Assembly: GCF_009914755.1 (NCBI RefSeq) | Contig: NC_060929.1 | From: the human T2T-CHM13v2.0 reference genome, Homo sapiens | Strand: one strand, 5' to 3' | Length of the DNA stretch: 64,000 nt | Shown here: positions 45,983 through 59,930 of the stretch, one piece after another | Layout: every line of letters begins with the position of its first letter | How positions within the stretch are numbered: position 1 is the first letter of the stretch | Program-made: the position numbers and the translations under genes | Notes under the pieces: model-generated | Seen by the model: only the letters and a program-made list of their open reading frames with translations | Database searches by the model: none | What the model was told of the DNA's origin: nothing

Positions 45983-48106
45983 CTAGATTGTAGGAAATGA
46001 CCCAAAAGCAGCAGGGATCAACTCAGACCCATCTGCACCACCCAGACTGAGAAGGTCCAGCAGTGTTAGCAGATTCAGGAATATGCTGGGAAGTGAAGAA
46101 GCTGCAAAAGTAAAAGCCTCTTAGAACAAGCATACTGCTGAAAATCCATGAAAATGAAGCCCAGCAGCTCACTTCTTCTATCACAAGACCTCATTTTGGG
46201 AACAAAATAAATAAAGGTTAGGCGTTATAATGCTGTTCACATTATAAAAGAAAACGAGTGTCTGTTATTATGAAAGAAAAAAAAATGAGTGTCACATTAT
46301 TCTGGCTGATCATTTTGTAAGAATTATTTACTGTGAGCCCAGAACAGATTCTGATAATGAGATAATATTAAAGGAGTAATTCTCTCAAGACACTCAATTT
46401 TCCTAAGAAGTAAGAAAAAGCCTGGTCCTGCATCCATACTGGCTTTTCAGGGCTGCTCCAAGTGTTTTCAAATGAGCTTAACAAGCTCCTTATTTCATCT
46501 TAAACCTCTGCTACAGGAATTAAGGCCCAGTGATGGGCTTATTTTTGTTTTTGTTGTTGCTGTTGCTGTTGTTGTGTTTTGCTGCAATCCAAGTCTGTCA
46601 GATCAAATTATTTGTTCCAAGGAGACTGTATTCATTCAGTTGAATATAAGAAAACCAAGGACAAGAATATTATTCAAACTGCCATCAGGGCCCCTTATCT
46701 CCATGAAGCCAAGGCTACAGGTGGAAGGAGAGTCTCAAATACCAGTGACAGAGGTGGCCCAAAAGACCCTCAGGAACTTCCACTTGCTCCAGGTCACATG
46801 CTATTGCTCAAGAATCCCAGTCCCGCCTGAAGTAATTACATGACAATGCTAAATTTCCTTCACCACCTCTATTGAGATTTAACTCGGGACTCAAAAACTA
46901 AGCAAGTACATATTTTGAAGGCGGTCATTACCACAACAGCAACCCAGTGGCAGGAACCAGAATCAGTATCTGCCATTCTGAGATCACTCAACCATGCGAT
47001 TTATGAAGCTGGATTAAATGCTCCTAATGCAGCTTCCAACTTTATGACTCTGTGATTCATGTGCTATAAATTAACAATAATGTTCAGGAAAAGGGAAGGG
47101 AGAGAGAAGGGGAGGAAGTGGAGGAGAAAGAGATAGACATGTGGTAGGGCTCAGACGGGCAAGCACCGTACAACACACAGAAAAGGTACAGACAAGGGGA
47201 GGGACAGACCCCAAAGACTTTGCTGACTGTATTAACATAAATAATCTTCAGGTCAGCGTAGAAGGTGCCATAAAGTTAACTAAATTCCTCATTATTATCG
47301 AACCCAGGAGGAAATCAATAGCAATGTTAAGAGTTCGTGCAGTTTCACCATAACATTCCCATTAAAATCTTCCACGTTTCTTTGCTGAAGCCTCACATAC
47401 TCCCTAAAGAAAATGCTCACTCGAAAGAAGGAAGTTTACAAATGTGTGCCCATTTTTCATTGAGCATTAAGTTATTCCATAAAACAGAAGTAAAGAAGGC
47501 AGACATGGAGTTATGTTTCATTAGCATAATTAAGTCAGTAGCCTTCAAAAGTTACAGAGTGAAACTCAGGTGGCACAAACTTCTGTCTTCTCACATCAGA
47601 TCCCATCAGGACATACTACAGGGCTCTCTTAGATCACAAATGAGAACTGACAATGTTGTTTGTTATGAGTACAAAGTTCTAATTTTATATTCTAAAAGCA
47701 TAATAATGAATCAAATGAAAGAAAAACCTAGATGTGTACTAGAAAATTAAAAGTCAACAGATGAGTTGAATTCATAATAGAACACAATTTTCAGAACAAT
47801 CAAGTAATTTAAGAACAGAGTAATGATGCTGAAAATGAGACTGATTCCTCATAGTTTCATCATCAGTCTGTATAAAGGCAATCGATGACATACGTAATTT
47901 ATGAGACATTTGTGAAACATATGAGTAGATGACTGGTTAATAATTTCCTTTAGGAAAAAAAGAAAACACTTGGAGATTAATGGAAAAAAACACAGGGAAT
48001 AAAAGGAGAGAAACTCAGTCCTATTACAACTGTTATTATCTTATTTTTGTCAATGAAATATGACATTAAAGCAATGCAGAATGGGAGGGAGCCACACTTC
48101 ACTCAC

Positions 48107-48289
48107 CTGCTTCTCTGTGAGAATGACCCTCCCCAGTAACTGATCTTCTAGACCTTTCATGGTGACAGTGAAGTCAATGATGGAGGTACGGGCACTTATC
48201 TCAGGGGTGTAGGCTGGGTTAGGCAATTTGGTGGTAATGTAGAGTCTAAAGCCATCCAACACATCTACTTCCTTGTCACCAACTTTCAC
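48107..48289 (-). CDS. DNAH5: DNAH5 exon ~65 (183 nt), AAA5: VKVGDKEVD...[12 protein letters not shown]...LTEKQ
   Basis: aaaaaAG|GTG acceptor, CAG|GTGAGT donor. Confidence 0.95.
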
Positions 48290-48548
48290 CTTTTTTATAA
48301 AAAGAAATTTAAAAGTAATAAAATAGAGATATACCTTACTGTGTCTTTTTTGTATCAGATCAAGTATTGTTTTAAATAATTACATAATTGGAGATCATTT
48401 GTATACTAAAAAAGAAATGGTCATGAGGCGTCTGCACAGCTTCAGACAACTAGGATGAAAGAAAGGAAGCAAAGAAGGATGGGAGGAAGAAACATATATA
48501 TACACACATATATATAATGGACTGAATATAGAATTTAACACCAAAATT

Positions 48549-48990
48549 GTTATGATCACATTGCAGGAGTGAGATGGATCCCTTACCCAAAATTCAGTTC
48601 ACAGGTTGAGACTGATGATGCTACACATGCACCGAAAGAGTATAAAAAGGTTTATTACTCACTTGATAAGATTTTGGGAGAGATCAGAGCAGGTTCCCAA
48701 ACAGGTCCCAAAAACCGGCTTGAGAGAGCAGGGAGGGGCAGCTGCTCTAGGGCTTTGTGGTGTTTAGGGGGTAGAGCTGGGGTGAGGGTTCCCATACATA
48801 GGTGTGGACAGGGGATTGCATGGTTTGAATTTCAACCTGTGCCAAAGCAGGGGGCACCCAGGTTTTATCAGCTTGCCCAGATGTGGGTGGGGCAGAAGGG
48901 GAGAGGGGCATGGAGAGGCTTCAAAGCTGTCAGCATCAAATGCAGTCAGACCCTTTTCACATTACAAAAGTGAAGTCAATACTCCTAAAA
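48549..48990. mobile_element. Probable old LTR element, family not determined
   Basis: GC shift, starts TG, aaaaggtttattactcac motif typical of reverse-oriented LTRs. Confidence 0.4.
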
Positions 48991-49162
48991 GGCTTGCTCC
49001 TGGATATTTTAATCCAAAGTCAAGAAGTGTAGAAGAGAAAAACAAACCTTTCCCAAGGACTCAAATTTAAGTTGTTGCCTATTGAGAGAATTCTATCTGT
49101 GTCACATTGACCTGGCCTCATGGTAATTGTTCTGCACATTGTCATCCATAGGTTTAACCTAC

Positions 49163-49318
49163 CTTAAAGGTAGACCCAGTTTTAATGAAGTTTCTTTCCA
49201 AAACATTATCTAGTGCTGGATCTAGTTCCTCTCCAACATCTTCAATAAGCAAAGGCCTTCCAAGAGAAAGGCTGTCTTCCAGGTGGTTTCTGAAGTACTT
49301 GTGATTTAAAGACGTGAT
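49163..49318 (-). CDS. DNAH5: DNAH5 exon ~64 (156 nt), AAA5: ITSLNHKYF...[18 protein letters not shown]...STFK
   Basis: cctAG|ATC acceptor, AAG|GTAGGT donor. Confidence 0.95.
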
Positions 49319-49427
49319 CTAGGAACAGGATCACAAGGTTGCTATTGGCAGACATTACCATGAAGCAATGCACAGGGATAACTGTTTTCAAATGAAGCCT
49401 AAAGCATTCTACTGCAAGAGACAAATA

Positions 49428-49752
49428 CAAATTGAGCATCCAAAATGTTCCCAAATACAAAACTTGTTGAGAGCCCACATGATGCCCACAGTGGAAAATT
49501 CCACACCTGACCCCTATGCTTTCTGATGGTTGAATGTACACAAACTTTGTTTCATGCATAAAATTGTTTAAAATATTGTATAAAATTACCTTCAAATATA
49601 TGAAGAAGGTGTATATGAAACATAAATGAATTTCGTGTTCTGACTTGGGTCCCATCCTCAAGTTATCTCATTATGTACATGCAAATATTCCAAAATCTAA
49701 AATCTGAAACACTTCGGATCCCAAGTATTTAGGATAAGGGGCATTCAACTTT
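49428..49752. mobile_element. Tigger4/Zombi (MER46-type) fossil
   Basis: ttgagcatcc / ggcattcaac termini; gtggaaaattccacacctgac internal motif. Confidence 0.75.
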
Positions 49753-50261
49753 CATATAGATTTTTAGAGATCCTTGGCTTTGAAACCCACACTTGGTGAA
49801 ATTGTAAAGAAGTGTAACTGTTTCCATTGTTGTTTAACAAACTATCATTTTGTTTTATTGGGAAGCATGTAAAGGCTCTGTGTGGGAACAATGTTTTTTC
49901 TTCACCACTACCACTTTTGTGACAAATAATAATGTAATAATTAGGAAGTATTCATGCAAAGTGCTGCACACTTTGTGTGATACAGCTCTGCCGTTCTGTA
50001 CTTATCAAAGAGAGCCCTGGACCCTGACAGAATAGCCTGAAACCATTGAAAGATGGCATTGGTAGAGATCAACACAAATGCAAATAATGAAAGTTTTAGA
50101 AAATATTTTTATATTAGATTTAAGCTTGCATCTGCTACTGCTCTACCTAGGATTACAAAAACATCTCTAGTGTTTTCAAATATTTCTTTACTCTTGGATT
50201 TTTGTTTATCTGAGGCAATAAAACTTAACCGGTAGCATAAACATACTAAAACACAAATTAC

Positions 50262-50578
50262 CTGGAGTTCATTTCGGCTTTCTTTATTTTTAATCCAGAT
50301 CTTGCCTTGAGTCTGTGGATCAATTAACAAAGGGTAACGAGATGCCTTCGTGACAATAATTCCATTTTGAATGGACAAGTCATCATTTGGCAGACCTTGG
50401 AGGTTCCATTCACTAATAGTAGGAGCATCAATCAACATCTCACTGAGATTTAGGTTCTTTCCAAATGGAATTTTCCGGGCTTTCATTTCCTTCCGCCAGT
50501 CATTTAACAGAAGATCACGAAACTCTTGGTTAAATGGACCAGAATAAGATAGAAAAGCTGTAGCCAACAGTACATCCC
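50262..50578 (-). CDS. DNAH5: DNAH5 exon ~63 (317 nt): [16 protein letters not shown]...[11 protein letters not shown]...NELQ (start of AAA5)
   Basis: ttttAG|GG acceptor, CAG|GTAATT donor; ORF 50109..50639. Confidence 0.96.
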
Positions 50579-51051
50579 CTAAAATAGAAAACAAACACCA
50601 TTGAAATACTTTACGTTCATCCGTGTGATTGTACAGCATATTAAAAATGAAAAAAATTAAAAAGACAATAATTCTTTTAAACTAAATTCCACAAATCAAA
50701 CTGGAGGCACAAGTGGCTGTGCTGGTGAATAAGCAGTAGTCTGGTTTATTAGTCAATAAGGTCCAAGTGGCCTACCAAGTGATACCTACTAGCAGTCAAG
50801 CACTGGATTATCTTTACTCTCATTAGAAGTGAAAAGATGACCTCTAAGTTTAAGAGAATAAAACCTCATAAGACAGAGCCTTCATTAAATGTGACCTTCA
50901 TCAATATACCCATGCACTCACAGAATTCTAAAGTGACCTGATAATAAAAGGCATAAAGGTCGTTAACACATCTAATAAGGACAGCATAGATGCCAGAACA
51001 ATGTCTCTTTCTCTGAAATGGCTGGAGGCACACACACACACACAGGAATTT

Positions 51052-51143
51052 TTTTTTAATTTTATTATTATTATACTTTAAGTTTTAGGGTACATGCGCA
51101 CAATGTGCGGGTTTGTTACATATGTATACATGCGCCATGTTGG
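51052..51143 (-). mobile_element. ~90-bp 5'-truncated L1PA 3' end with 16-bp TSD
   Basis: L1PA terminal sequence; TSD acacacacaggaattt (51036-51051) / acacacaaaggaattt (51144-51159). Confidence 0.9.
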
Positions 51144-51231
51144 ACACACAAAGGAATTTGATTAAAGTATAAGCTTTCGAATTCCCTATCACAGTCAACA
51201 CACAATCTCATTAATAAAGAAATTTACATAC

Positions 51232-51367
51232 CTACAAGTCTTTTAGTTTGTGCAGCAAACTCTTGGCTTTGCTCTGTCCATCTTTCTTTTTCACCTGCCA
51301 AGCCACTGATGAGCGTGGAAGCTGTCTGCATCTTGTGTCTGCATCGCTCTGCATCTTCAAGCAAGGT
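51232..51367 (-). CDS. DNAH5: DNAH5 exon ~62 (136 nt): [10 protein letters not shown]...TKRLV(G)
   Basis: tgttAG|ACC acceptor, GTAG|GTATGT donor; contains [11 protein letters not shown] motif. Confidence 0.95.
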
Positions 51368-51415
51368 CTAACAAAGGTCATAATCACAAGAAAGCTTTTA
51401 CTGAAATAAACATAG

Positions 51416-51866
<451 letters not shown>

Positions 51867-51894
51867 AGTGCTTAGTTCTTAAAAACAAATGGTT

Positions 51895-52162
<268 letters not shown>

Positions 52163-53727
52163 AAAAACAAATGGCTCTGTTTCTTAGTGTTTAAGCAACA
52201 ATTGCTTATTCTACTTGTAAAAATCTAAACTTATGAAATAAAATGGGTATGTACAAAGGTGTAGCTACCTGACAAGTCACTGGGTGTTCAAATATATATA
52301 CACATGCTAAATGTCTAACAATAGAGGATTATTTAAATAAATTATAGTGTATCCATGAATAAGAATACTCTGAAGCCATAAAAAAATCCTATAAAAATTT
52401 TTATGACCAAGAAAGCAGATCACAATATATTGTTAAAAATTCGATTTATAAAATGGCATTTCTAAATTATCAGTTATGTTGAGTTCAAAATGCATCTGAA
52501 AGGCATATATTATGATATGAATAATAACAGAATATGATTAATGTTCATCTCCAGGGTTACCTGTATTTTGTATAGAGACATGAATTGCTTTGGTAATAAT
52601 AACACATTACAGTGTTTTTCAAAAGCAAGATATTTATTCCACTTCGTCCTAATCTATTTTCTTCCTCTGGAGTTAAGGCAAAAAAACTAACAGTCCATCG
52701 GAGAGAACCATCCCCCAACTACGGCTACTCACATCTGTTTGTTTCCCTCAAGAGGGAAGGTGCCAGCTGGGAAGGACAATCCTACATTGTTTATTAGAAA
52801 AAAAAAACTTTTTATTTGTAACATACTTTTAATATTGATTTGCTTTCTCTAAATTCTGCAATCCCAATTCCATCAGCCAAATCAGAAAATGACCAGTCCT
52901 CTCCCTTTCTGGCTTTTGTTTTCTGGAAGCCCAGGCTTCTTTGGGGGATTACAATTTGGGAGAAGAGAAAGGAGTAAATGTTGACAATGCAAGAGAAAGA
53001 AAGCCGTAAGTTCCGTGAGTTCCCCCCAGCCTGTTGAGGGGAGCACACGGGACTTACTGGGTTCCCTGAGTAGTACCCCCCTCCTCAGGCCCACTCTCTC
53101 ATAGGTCCCAGAGAGGTGACTGGCTCTCCAGCAGGCCTAGGCAAGCTGAACCCTAGGCAAAGGCACTGGATTCTGCATGGGGCACAGCCAGGACACACTC
53201 TCCTTCAATGGGCCATGCAGGCCTGGGCCATGGTGAACTGCAGATTGGAACCCTTCTGCTTTCTGGGAGGCCCACAAACCCCTGGACTTTCATGGAGTCC
53301 TATGGAGGGAGAAGAGCAACAAAAATGACTGAAGATCAAGTTCAGAAGTTGGTTGTAGGTATGCCCAGATTTTTTTTTAATACGGAATTTGACATTTGTT
53401 GAAATTCAAGTTTTAGAGTTAGAGCCATGATGTTACAGTTCTTCTGTGGTCCCATGATTATTTACCTAACAAATAGCAGATGCTCAAAAACAATAAAGCT
53501 TGCTGAATGAGTTAAGGTAAAAATGTTAAAATGTACACATAATAAAATGAGAAGGTAAAGTATTTTCACTGTGTTCAGTAGAGCTTCCTGATACAAATGA
53601 GCATCCAAAATGGTAGAAATTAACACTCCTTCCAAAGTAGATTCTTTCAGACTGCCATAATGTTTTCCATACATAAGTGAATTTTATGAGGCATAAGTAT
53701 ATAAACCCAGATAAGTGTTACTTCTTT

Positions 53728-54783
53728 TTTATAATTTCATTTTCATTTTCAGTTCAGGGGTATGTGTACAGGTTTGTTATATAAGTAAACTTGTGTCATG
53801 GGGGTTTGTTGTGAAGATTTTTTCATCACCCAGGTATTAAGCCTAGTACTTGTCAGTTATTTTTCCTGATCCTCTCCCTCTTCCCATCCTCCACCCTCCA
53901 GTAGGCCCCAGTGTGTGTTGTTTCCGTCTATGTGTCCATGTGTTCTCATCATTTAGCTCCCACTTATAAGTGAAAACATGTGGCATTTGGTTTTTCAGTT
54001 CCTGTGTTAGTTTGCTAAGGATAATGGCCTCCAGTTCCATCTAGGTTCCTGAAAGGACACAATCTCATTCTTTTTTATAGCTGCGTGGTATTCCATGGTG
54101 TACATGTACCACATTTTCTTTATCCAGTCTACCACTGTTGAACATTTAAGTTGATTCCATGTCTTTGCTATTGTGAACAGGGCAGCAATGAACATATTCA
54201 CACAGGTGGCTTTATAACAGAAGGATTTATATTCCTTTGGGTATATATCAAGTAATGGGATTGCTGGGTCAATGGTATTTCTGTTTTTACGTCTTTGAGG
54301 AATTGCCACACTATCTACCAGAATGGTTGAACTAACTTACACTCTGACCAGCAGTGTATAAGCATTCTTTTTCTCCGCAATCTCACCAGCATCTGTTGTT
54401 TTTTGACTTTTTAATAATAGCCATTCTGACTGGTGTGAGATGGTAACTGATTGTGGTTTTGATGTGCATTTCTCTAGTGATCAGTGATACTGAGCTTGTT
54501 TTCATATGATTGTTGGCCGCATGTATGTCTTTTTTTGAAAAGTGTCTGTTGTAAAGAAAGCAAAAACTGACAAATGGGATCTAATTAAAATAAAAAGCTT
54601 CTGCACAGTAAAAGAAACTATCCACAGAGTGAAGAGACAACCTCTAGAATGGGAGAAAATTATTGCAAAATATGGATCTGAAAAAATCTTAATATCCAGG
54701 ATCTATAAGGAACTTAAAGAAATTCACAATTTAAAAAAAATCTCATTAAAAGTGGGCAAAGGACATGAACAGACATTTTTCAA
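53728..54783 (-). mobile_element. L1P (older L1PA) with 5' inversion: minus 53728-54550, plus 54551-54783
   Basis: Strand switch at ~54550; TSD aagtg(t/c)tacttcttt. Confidence 0.88.
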
Positions 54784-55254
54784 AAGTGCTACTTCTTTAA
54801 AGCTTCCAAAAGCATTTACTTTGCTTGTGGAAGACTTATCTTTAAGACATTATATCATACATTCTGCAGATATTGAAACTGAAATGTTTATCTAAACTCT
54901 TTTATTGGGACCCCTACAAAACTAACAAGGCAGGAATTTCAATTCGGCCAAGTAAAGGCTGAGAAGGGGTAGAGGTGAATTTCATAAAATTATCAAGGTA
55001 AAACAGAGTGAATCTAGCTATTATTTACCAAATATTGGATTTATCAGAGGCAGATACAGATTTTATTAAGCCAAAAGCTTATATACTCTAGAGAGACCAC
55101 TTTGTAAAAAAAAAAAATCAGTATGTATTTAAAGTAAAAAAAAAAAAGTGACAAGATCCTGGTTACTTAGAAACTCAGGTACTTTTCCTCTGTGATCTCT
55201 TTAGGCATTTGACTTGAATGCTCTAAAGTGAGAACAAAGATAGGTAAGGCACTA

Positions 55255-55545
55255 GGGTGCCTTGGCTCACACCTGTAATCCCAACCTTTGGGAGGCCGAG
55301 GCAGGTGTATCACTTGAGCTCAGGAGTTCGAGACCAGCCTGGGCAATATGGTGAAAACTTGTCTCTACAAAAAATTAGCCAGGCATGGTGGTGCATGTCT
55401 GTAGTCCCAGCTACTTGGGAGGCTGAGGTGGAATGATCACTTAACCCCAGGAATTCAAGGCTGCAGTGAGCCATGATCATGCCATTGCACTCCAGCCTGG
55501 ACGACAGAGCAATACTTTGTCTAAATAAATAAATAAATAAATAAA
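55255..55545 (+). mobile_element. AluJ-like with (TAAA)n tail
   Basis: cacttgagctcaggagttcgagaccagcctgggcaa. Confidence 0.87.
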
Positions 55546-55874
55546 CCCACCCTGCCTACCTTGCAAGTTACTTCAAAGATTAAATGAGATAAAAATGGGA
55601 GGACATGATTTGAAAAACATAACAAAAATGCTAGTACACAAGATGCTGTCATCACTACCAACACCACTAACAAAGAAACTCAGAATGGCTATGTTCCAGC
55701 ACTGACAGCCATCTTGACTGACCATCCTGTTGTCTCATCAAAGACCCTTGGTGTCCATTATGTGCTATGTATGTATTATGTATAAATTCAGTGAAACCCC
55801 ACAAGAACCCAAACTCTTGGAGAGAGAAGCCGTGTAGATATGTGACAGTCCCTGCCATGACAAAGGGCAGTTAC

Positions 55875-56012
55875 CTGCTTTTCAGTCATGGCCTGTTCAT
55901 ACTCAGCCTGCACCACGTCAAGTTCCGCCTGCTTGTCATCCAACTCGGCCTGGGCTTTCTGCAGATCCTGCATGGCCAGGAGATGGCGATTCTCTTGCAC
56001 CACCAAGTTGGC
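55875..56012 (-). CDS. DNAH5: DNAH5 exon ~61 (138 nt), stalk coiled coil CC2: ANLVVQENR...AMTEKQ
   Basis: gtgcAG|GCC acceptor, CAG|GTAACT donor. Confidence 0.95.
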
Positions 56013-56221
56013 CTGCACAGGACACACACAGAGTGAAGAGATGGGCAGCCAACCTCAAAACATCCTGCATTTCAGGGTCTGAGAACTCAGCTAACGTCAC
56101 ATGTTTATACCTTTGCTTTGTTCCCGCTCCAGAATCCTTTCAAATCACATTAAGTCCTGAACAAATCTTAATGTGAACTTGACATAAATGTGTATAAGCA
56201 GAAAGTTACACTTCATTAGAA

Positions 56222-56410
56222 AGGAGGTCAGCAAATATTTTCTTTAAAGTGCCAGATAGTAAATATTTTGGGCCAAGAGGCAAAATCAAAATTATTGTTC
56301 ATGTACTTATTTTAAAACTATTTAAACATGTAAAACCTACTCTTATTTCACAAGCCATCCAAATATAGGTAGTGGGCTAGATTTGGCCCACAGGCCATAG
56401 TCTACCTAGA
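56222..56410. mobile_element. MER58-type fossil
   Basis: ggtcagcaaa...gccagatagtaaatattt...gatttggcccacaggccatag. Confidence 0.65.
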
Positions 56411-58340
56411 TCAGAACACTGTAATATTAAATGTATATAGGTAAATTATAAAACATGCTAATATTGAGAGTTGTAGAAAAAAACAATATTTAGAACTATC
56501 TGCCTAGCAGGACTCATCACTGTTGAGGAGTAATAAAGGATGTAAAATGATTATTTACTGAATATAAATATCTACGTTTTGTGTATCGTGGTGGTCTTGA
56601 CATTGTTCCTGTCACTTTCATATATTTCTTGCCTTCTGGAAAGCGTATTTGATACCTTGAGCTGTGACTAATTAAAAATGTTTATTTTAAAGAAGCTATT
56701 AAGATAGAATCAAAAGACTTAACCAAAAGCAATATTAGCAAAAGATGAGATGTAAAAAAGTAGTTCATGCCTAAGAAATTTAGATCCTTTAAAATCATTT
56801 TTGAAACCAAATTTTTCCCTTTTAAATTTATAAAGTGTTAATATTGACTTTCATGGGATGACTAGAAGGCATATTCTTTCTGAAGTATTTGAGAAAAGAT
56901 TATTTTTAAAACACTTTTGAAATAAATTATTTTCCTATCTCAAAACTTCAGGCTTCCAAATTTTGGCAGAATAAATCTTTAGGGAAAAACTCAAGAGTTC
57001 CATAATTGACTAGATCCAGTGATGGGCAAAAGCATCGCTTGTAAGTTACAATTTAAAAAGAACCTGACTGGTGGAACATTTTTTCCTCAGCTCTGCTGTA
57101 AGCTGCAACTGTTCCCATGGCTCAAAACATGGAAGGAAAAAGTAAAGTCACCGTGTCAAGCAACTTACAACTTAAAGTCACCTGCTAATGACAAACTTTG
57201 CAAACCCAAAGATTTTGAACATTTTCTAGTACTTTACTCACCAATAAATAAATAAATAAAATTTATATTAAATGAAGCTGTCAACAATTGCTAATCAAAA
57301 TCCTTCAAACCCAATTAATTGCTCAACTTAGGACTTGTAGAACTCTGTGCAGGCTGCTTAAACCCTGTGAGCTTCAGTTTCTTCATTAAAATATTGAAAA
57401 ACTAACTCCTAGGACTTTTTATGAGGATTAAATAAGATAACATATGTAAAATCCCAAGTCTAGTCCCCGGCACATAACATGAGTTCAATAAATAGTAGAT
57501 GTTGTTACTGTTATTATCTATGTTCAATATTTAAGTTCTGCTTTTTTATAACATTCTCTTTATATGTACTCATACTGATTTCCATAAAGTTTTCAAGGAG
57601 AATCTCATTATAAGGAACTTGAATAGAATCTAAATTGCTATTGCCGCTAATTCATACTTGTTTGAATTTATTCACTACTAGAAGTCACTTAGCCCAACTA
57701 CAAGGATTGCAAGATGAAAGATAACAGCTCCTCAGTGTGTCCATTACTAATTAGTGTCTAAGAGATTCCACCTGGAATTTAGGGAATGCCCTTGACCTCT
57801 CCTCACTTAAGAAGCAGGGGTTTGCCAGTGAAGCCCCTCCAGGAAGAAGGGAAGTTAAAGTCGTAGGTCTGAATTTCTTAATATATTCAACAGAACCACC
57901 TGGTGACAATATGCACTCACTGCCTCTTCTACTCCTCCCTACACAGTGAATGCGGGTCTGTGTAACAGCATGTATTTTTCGGACTGACGTAAGAGGAACC
58001 TGACAAGCTGAGTGGTCCAAGATGCTAGATACTTGTAAGAATATAAGAGAACAGACTTCTCAGAAAGAAAAGCACAGGTTGTAGGAGTAAATAAAAAGGT
58101 TCCCACTACTGATAGTGTTCCCTTCACTTCCTACTGCAGGACCCAGATTGTCTTGAGACAAGCTGAAAGCTGAAATGTGGATGGCATTGAATACAGGGGA
58201 AGAGATCTCATTGTTCTTATGCAAGCCTTGTTCAGAATGTCCATGTTTAACAATTTCAGCTATGTACTTAAAATGACAACAATAACAGAAAAAAACTATG
58301 CATCATGAACTTAACTGTAGTTCTCTTTAAGACACTATGT

Positions 58341-58755
<415 letters not shown>

Positions 58756-59750
58756 TCAATAGTCACAATATCCATGGTGTCAGACAGCATGACATCAATT
58801 ATTTGCTCTGAAATTCTCGGACTCAAATGACTCTTTGTCCCTTTAGGTTGTCCTGGGACCTCAAGAGCCTCAATTGCTGAATATATGGTCCTGGTATCAC
58901 AACAAGTAGAAACAAAATAGAACTTGCAACTCCATGCCTGTCTTCCTGATACTCTTGATTATTTGTATGATGATTGTTAAGTTTCTTGGGTAGTTAACAA
59001 GTGTAAGTAGAATGTAGTTGATGATTAAGAGAGATGAGACTCATACAAAAGCAAAATAATCAACCAAGCCATGAGATATGATTTTGAGACATCAGCATTT
59101 CATTTTCAAAAAACCCACTCTCCATTGCCTCTCCATTTGCTGAAGACTGACCTTTTAATGGTAGAGGAATATGCAAAAATGAAGCTTAAGGATTCAATTA
59201 CACAAAGGAAATAAAAAGCATGTCTAAAAAGTCACATTAAATAACAAATATTCAGATATTCAGTTTCTTTCCTGAGAGACAAAACAAAAATGGAAAAGGG
59301 AGGAATACATCACGTCTTAAGCCAAGCTAAGACCAGCTTTCAGCATGTTCTGTCTTGACCCTACCTCACTCATAGGATTCTCTGGATAAAGATCTGAAAT
59401 ATCAGCAGAGGATTCTGTGCTACAGTTTGCAGCGTTTTTTGTTTGTTTGTTTTTGTTTTTTTCAAGTTAACATTGTGGAGGAAAAATATCGAGCAGCCCA
59501 CAATGGACCTGTAGGGAGCATCCTTGTAGAGAGTCTGTCCCTGCTTAGAGGCTCATATGGTTCTGATTAGAACAGGATTACAAAGAAGAAAGAAACATCC
59601 CATGCTTGGCCTTTCTATGCTCACTCTCCCCATGGACCTGAGTATCCTAACACCAGAAGCCACAGGCACATGTGCTCCTGTAAAGATAAGACGGGTCGAC
59701 CTGGAGACTCCGCCCAGCCACCTTCACCCAGGTCTGCCTAGCAGGCTTAC

Positions 59751-59930
59751 CTTCAGAGGCAGTACTTCTTTGTTTATAGAAAAGAAGGAAGCCATAGCTT
59801 TCGTCCAGGAACAAAGACCAGCTACATTTCCACATACGCGTTTAGCAGTTTCGATGTTATAGTCAGGCATTTCAAAGTAAGGACTCAAAAATTCTATCAC
59901 CTCTTCATTGATTGTGTCTTTTGGGAATTG
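59751..59930 (-). CDS. DNAH5: DNAH5 exon ~60 (180 nt): [11 protein letters not shown]...EVLPLK
   Basis: ttccatAG|CAA acceptor, AAG|GTAAGC donor; coding frame absent from ORF track, translated by hand. Confidence 0.95.
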
